The notes beneath the pieces are model-generated. The model was given only the letters and a program-made list of their open reading frames with translations, searched no databases and was not told where the DNA came from. From the NCBI RefSeq assembly GCF_964355755.1, contig NC_092673.1, forward strand, positions 5,084,001-5,148,000: a stretch of DNA of 64,000 nucleotides, in the 5' to 3' direction. The stretch's first letter is position 1, and each line of letters starts with the position of its first letter. Below are positions 50,351 to 64,000 of this stretch, piece after piece. The position numbers and the translations under genes are program-made. This stretch comes from Antedon mediterranea. Taxonomy: Eukaryota; Animalia; Echinodermata.

Positions 50351-52167
50351 GGTTCCAGGACGATTTGGCCCGGAGACGATTCCCACTCTTGTGCCGAAAC
50401 ATCCCACTTTGACAATTGTGAGCCGAAACGTCTCACTTTCATATTCATTTTTTTGGTATTTATCAAGATTTTAAAGGTGTTTTAACAAACCATATTTTAT
50501 TGATATCGACAATTATTGATACTAGATGGCACGCTCGCTTCGCTCGCGTACCATCTAGGTCGTGCCCACAGATGGTTCTCGAATACACAGTATTTCCAGC
50601 GAGAAAAAAATGGAGATTTCAAATGTACGTACCGCAGGACTATAATACATATTGTCGTTTACAGAAACGAATAAATATACACAATGATTTATGTAGTCAA
50701 CCAAAATTAGCACCCTGGGAATTACTTCCGAGAGAGAAACAAAATGAGTCAAATTTTTTTATTTGGACTCATTTAAACAAACCCAATTTGTGTTTTGTAT
50801 GTAACATTAAGGGTTGAGGGATGGGGGAAGAAGATAGGTGCAAAGAGGAAACATTTTAAAATATATTCTTATCCACTCAGTAACGAAATATTGTTTTTAA
50901 TGTTTTATAGGCCTATAAATAATATACCACTAAATACAGTAAAACATTTACGATTTAATACGGTACTTTGTTAAAACTCTCACTGTCATAGTCGATTGAA
51001 ATAGTAAAGTACATGTAACGATACACAACTACGACGTTTATATATTTTTAAATTATTAATTAATACAAACGTTGAGAAGCAACTGTCAGTAATAACGTTT
51101 ATTTATTTGTATATTATATGTTTATAATCTAACAGTAGGGCCTACCCACACTCACAGTAATAAAGTTTATTTGTATATATTTTTATATTACATCTAACAG
51201 TACCAACACTCACAGTAAGAAATTTGCGATTCAAATTGCCATCAAAAGTTGTTAATACCTTAACAGTATTGTACAGCATTGCAATACTATTTATGTTTAT
51301 TCTCCAAGGGGGCCCATAAATCTAAATCTATACCTCTATGGTTAAACCAAATAATTTGGAATGTTCCATTCATCACAAATCAATGCATTTGTAAAAACGT
51401 ATATTAAATGTATCAAAATAGTATTTTTTAAAGAAAATCGGCCTGTCTTCAACATTATGATGCTGTACTCGAACTGTTCAACCGGTTTTCAGCTATTAAA
51501 AACAATTATCGTAGGAGGAGATAGGAAAATGCGAAGCCTCTTCGCATTTTTGTGGCGGGTATTTTTCAAGATGGACATCCATTAGACAGTGTATACCACG
51601 ATCGGAAAACACCCCTATTTGGGGCAAATCGTTGAACCTAAATTCGTTTTAATCGTCAATAACTAATTATCTAACTTAATTTAATTAGTAAACAGGGTTA
51701 CATCAGGTGGTTAAAATCAGTACCGAAAGTGCGAACCAACTTTATATACCATCGAGTAAAAATTCTAGAAGTAAGGCGCGATTTACCGAATTTTGCCCTT
51801 ACGTAAATTTATATATAGATAATATATAATAAATTACTAAAAAACGTAATTTTATATTCAATTTATTACTTCGAAAACCTTGTTTATTTCGTGCAATCGC
51901 CAAGCGGCCAACAGAGGGCGTAACTTGTTTACATCGTTTGCGTGACTAAAAAATGATCATTTTCGACAATGTTTTCAAAATGTTTGCTTTATTGCATCTT
52001 TATCCCTAGTAGTACTAGGCCTACCCCATAGTCTATCTGAAAATAAAGGTTGGGGAAAAAAGCTTATTTTGTGCTTATAAAATGCATATCAAAGGAAAAG
52101 CCGATAAATTTAAGTGTGCCGAATCGTCTCAGGACCGAATTGTCCCGGGCCGAATCGTCCCGTTACC
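50351..52167. mobile_element. Non-autonomous MULE (Mutator-like) element
   Basis: Perfect 9-bp TSD CATGGCCGG (50342-50350, 52168-52176); imperfect GG..CC TIRs GGT(A/T)..GGACGATT(C/T)GGCCCGG. May contain a nested Helentron/DINE-like insert ~50520-51820. Confidence 0.75.
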
Positions 52168-52473
52168 CATGGCCGGCCTACCCCGTAGCCTAGATTAGCG
52201 TCTAGCTGTAATGTAGTTAAGCAGCCTAGCCCGAGCAAGCCTAGCCCAAAGCCAAGGCGTGCGACCACCCAAAAATGCGCAATCACCACACCACTCACTC
52301 ACAGTCACAGGCTACAGCTTCCCCTCTAGCCACGAGGTCGAGACGAGGAATGAGGATGACTGTCGTCAATCAAAATAAATGTAATAATACAATAGTAGTA
52401 GGCCTACGAATCCTTTCATTGGAAGGTATTGCTGTAATATTGGTCAATGATAAAACATTAAACAGAAACTTAC

Positions 52474-52580
52474 ATTAGAGATGAGCACAGCATGTGCTAC
52501 AAGCGGGACTGTAAGTTCAAGCCTCCGTCCGTGAAGTCCGCGAAGATGCACACACAGCATGCACAGTGCACACGCGAGAG
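52474..52580 (-). other. TDRD1: Candidate non-coding first exon of TDRD1
   Basis: Donor AAT|GTAAGT at 52473 in a CpG-richer region beside the promoter motifs; would splice to the acceptor at 48581. 5' boundary is a guess. Confidence 0.4.
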
Positions 52581-52780
52581 GTTGGTGGTGTGTGGGGGGT
52601 GCCAAACAAACTTCTTCAGTGTATTTTTTTCACCTATTCTCATTGGCTAATTGAACGTATCATGCCTGAACTTTAAACTTCAGTCCACGTGACTTGCAGT
52701 CGTGGCCTATTGTTTTGCATACGCTCGAGTTTTCTGCGTAAAGACTTCCGGAAGTAGGCCATTCGAGTCAGCAGCAGCAG
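52580..52780. promoter_or_regulatory. Putative bidirectional promoter TDRD1/CCDC186
   Basis: Inverted CCAAT (ATTGG 52642-52646), USF-type E-box CACGTGAC (52686-52693), perfect ETS/GABP palindrome ACTTCCGGAAGT (52744-52755), CpG enrichment, between divergent genes. Confidence 0.7.
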
Positions 52781-53232
52781 TGTCAACAAATTTATGTGTT
52801 TTTGCTGCTCTGCTGCAACCTGTAGGCTATGTTTTTTTACATTTTTGGTTAAACATGATATTAATATTTACATTAATTAATTTGTTTATTAAAAAGATGA
52901 ACTATGCCTAGGTCTAGCCGTTGAATTGAAAAGTACGTTCTTTGAATGCTGAAATGGAAACAGGTTTGATTTTTAAACAATTTATTTTTTCCTACCGTAC
53001 CTGCCTTTATGCCAATGGCTAGGCCCTAGTAGGCCTAGTAGTAGGCCTAGGGCCTAGCCATTGGCATTGGCCCTAGCTGCTTATATATAATAGATAGGCT
53101 AGCTGTAGTATGAGGCCTACTAGAGGGCTAGTCTAGCTAGGCCTACTTCATCTAGGCAACAGCTAATACTATAGATAGGCTAGGCATGGTATGGAGTAAT
53201 TACTCCATGCATGGGCTAGGCCAGTGCTACTT

Positions 53233-54010
53233 GGGGATTAGGCCAAGTTGAGCCGCCGCCAGAAAAACGTTATTTTCTATGGAACGCCAAATGCTAACTT
53301 TCGCCGGTGCTCGTTCAATTTATGTTAGGGATAACGATGTACATTCAAACGTTTATATATCATGGTTTTTAGTATATATATTATTAAATATTATAATTAA
53401 AGAAATAATTATGAAAATCTGGCTTGTAGATTCCAAAATACAGTGATGTTTTTAGCCAAAAATGATGTAAACATGTTGCCCCTCATTCAGTCGGCAGTTG
53501 TTTGTATGAACTAGGCTAGGCCTACTCCATTTTTCGGTAAAATAATTACATAAAATCACGTTTTTTAGTAAAATATTTTGTGTATTAACATTTTAAAATT
53601 CAATAAAATATGATATTAAAAGATTAGTAAATAAAAAACAATATGTATTTAACCTCATTCGAAAAAATGTTAATACTCTATTATTAGTATTAATTAGTCC
53701 TGAGAGACAACGTGACTTTACGTGGTAGGCCTCCTACACGCGAGAAAAATTATGAGTGCACTGAATTCTTTCCTCGAAAGATTAAAAACAATTAAATTAT
53801 TAAATATTAGTTATTACTACTTTCCTTTGCTTGCTGTGTTAATTGTAATAGGCCTATGTAATTATATATTATTTATTTTCATGACACAATAAACCAAGAC
53901 CATGAACTTGTACTCTTGGACAACATCCTAATCACTACGCGAAATGTCGTAAAAGACGCATGCACTGGGCGTTTCATAGAAATCACCGGCGGCCCAACCG
54001 GTCATATCCC
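53233..54010. mobile_element. Probable non-autonomous DNA transposon
   Basis: gggattaggccaagttgagccgccg ... cggcggcccaaccggtcatatccc imperfect inverted ends, also tctatggaacgcc / ggcgtttcataga. Confidence 0.5.
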
Positions 54011-54402
54011 TATTTGGGACCTAGCTAGTATAGGTACAGGCTGCCTTTATTATTGGATGATGTGTTGTGTAGGCGGCCTAGTTGATTGATTGAATGTTGT
54101 TAAAGTTGTTATATAATCCGATCATACAGTAAATTCATATGATTCTATGAAACATAATATATTTTTTGCTTCATTCAAGTTACTTGAATACCTAAATTAT
54201 ATTTAATGTCGAAAATCGGAAACAAAGTAATCAAATCACATATAATTATATTTACAGAGGTGCAATATTTTTAAAAGAATTTAAATTCATGTGCTGCTAT
54301 TTTTAGAACTGTATTGCAGTGTGTATATTAATCAAGAGTGAGTTTTCAGTTGGCTAGGTAATTTTATGTGTGTTAATGGTAATAGTTTTTATGTATTTGT
54401 AA

Positions 54403-54703
54403 GGGCTTGTGGCGCAGTGTGTTGGACGTTCGACTACTGATCGTGAGATCGAGGTTCGATAATCCAACTCTCGCTCATTGCTTGTATCCTTAGGCAAGAT
54501 ACTTTACTTACGTTTGCCTCTCTCCACCCAGGTGTATAAATGGGTACCCGGTTAGATCAAGACACAACTTTGCGCTGATTACTAGCTGCATTATGGGAGT
54601 ATGTTTCCATACATGTTTGATCCAAAAAAATGGCTGGTGTAATAATGTTCAGCACATTGAGAGCTTGCTTATATGCGCTATATAAGAATGCACTATTATT
54701 ATT
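54403..54703 (+). mobile_element. tRNA-derived SINE (full length)
   Basis: A box GTGGCGCAGTG, B box GGTTCGA, ctccacccaggtgtataaatgggtacc block, gcgctatataag + (TAT)n tail; homologous to 20127-20434. Confidence 0.85.
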
Positions 54704-54914
54704 ATTCTATATGAATTGTAATTATCCAATCTTATTTATTTTATAATAAATTTTGCAATTAAAGATTATTTTAAGATTTGAAAAAAATCTCTCCAGTGTC
54801 TAGTCAAAATAATTTTGTCAATTGGTGCAACACTCCATGGAATAGAATCAGAAACAATTTTCATTTGATATTGATTATTTGATTAATTTTAGAACATAAA
54901 AGGCCATTGAGAAG

Positions 54915-64000
<9,086 letters not shown>

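Overview
AT-rich, intron-containing animal DNA, most likely an invertebrate deuterostome (inference from gene content and repeat types). By reading splice sites I assembled three protein-coding genes. (1) A 3-exon divergent NKL-class homeobox gene (Vent/Bsx/Nanog-like, - strand, 13553-15314). (2) A 19-coding-exon piRNA-pathway Tudor gene (- strand, 24735-48535) with RRM + MYND finger + 4 extended Tudor domains, i.e. TDRD1 with a Vreteno-like N-terminus. (3) The 5' part of CCDC186 (+ strand, from 54915), head-to-head with the Tudor gene across a bidirectional-type promoter, as for human TDRD1/CCDC186. The most unusual signal is a LINE-ORF1-type SGNH esterase domain inside the Tudor gene, bounded by splice sites as an in-frame phase-1/phase-1 exon within the fourth Tudor module. 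The Tudor gene introns also hold a 4.2-kb Academ-derived foldback element, an antisense LINE RT with an open frame, nested transposons, a Penelope-type minimal hammerhead motif next to a tRNA-like sequence, and many MITEs and SINEs. All gene models are manual and untested against RNA.
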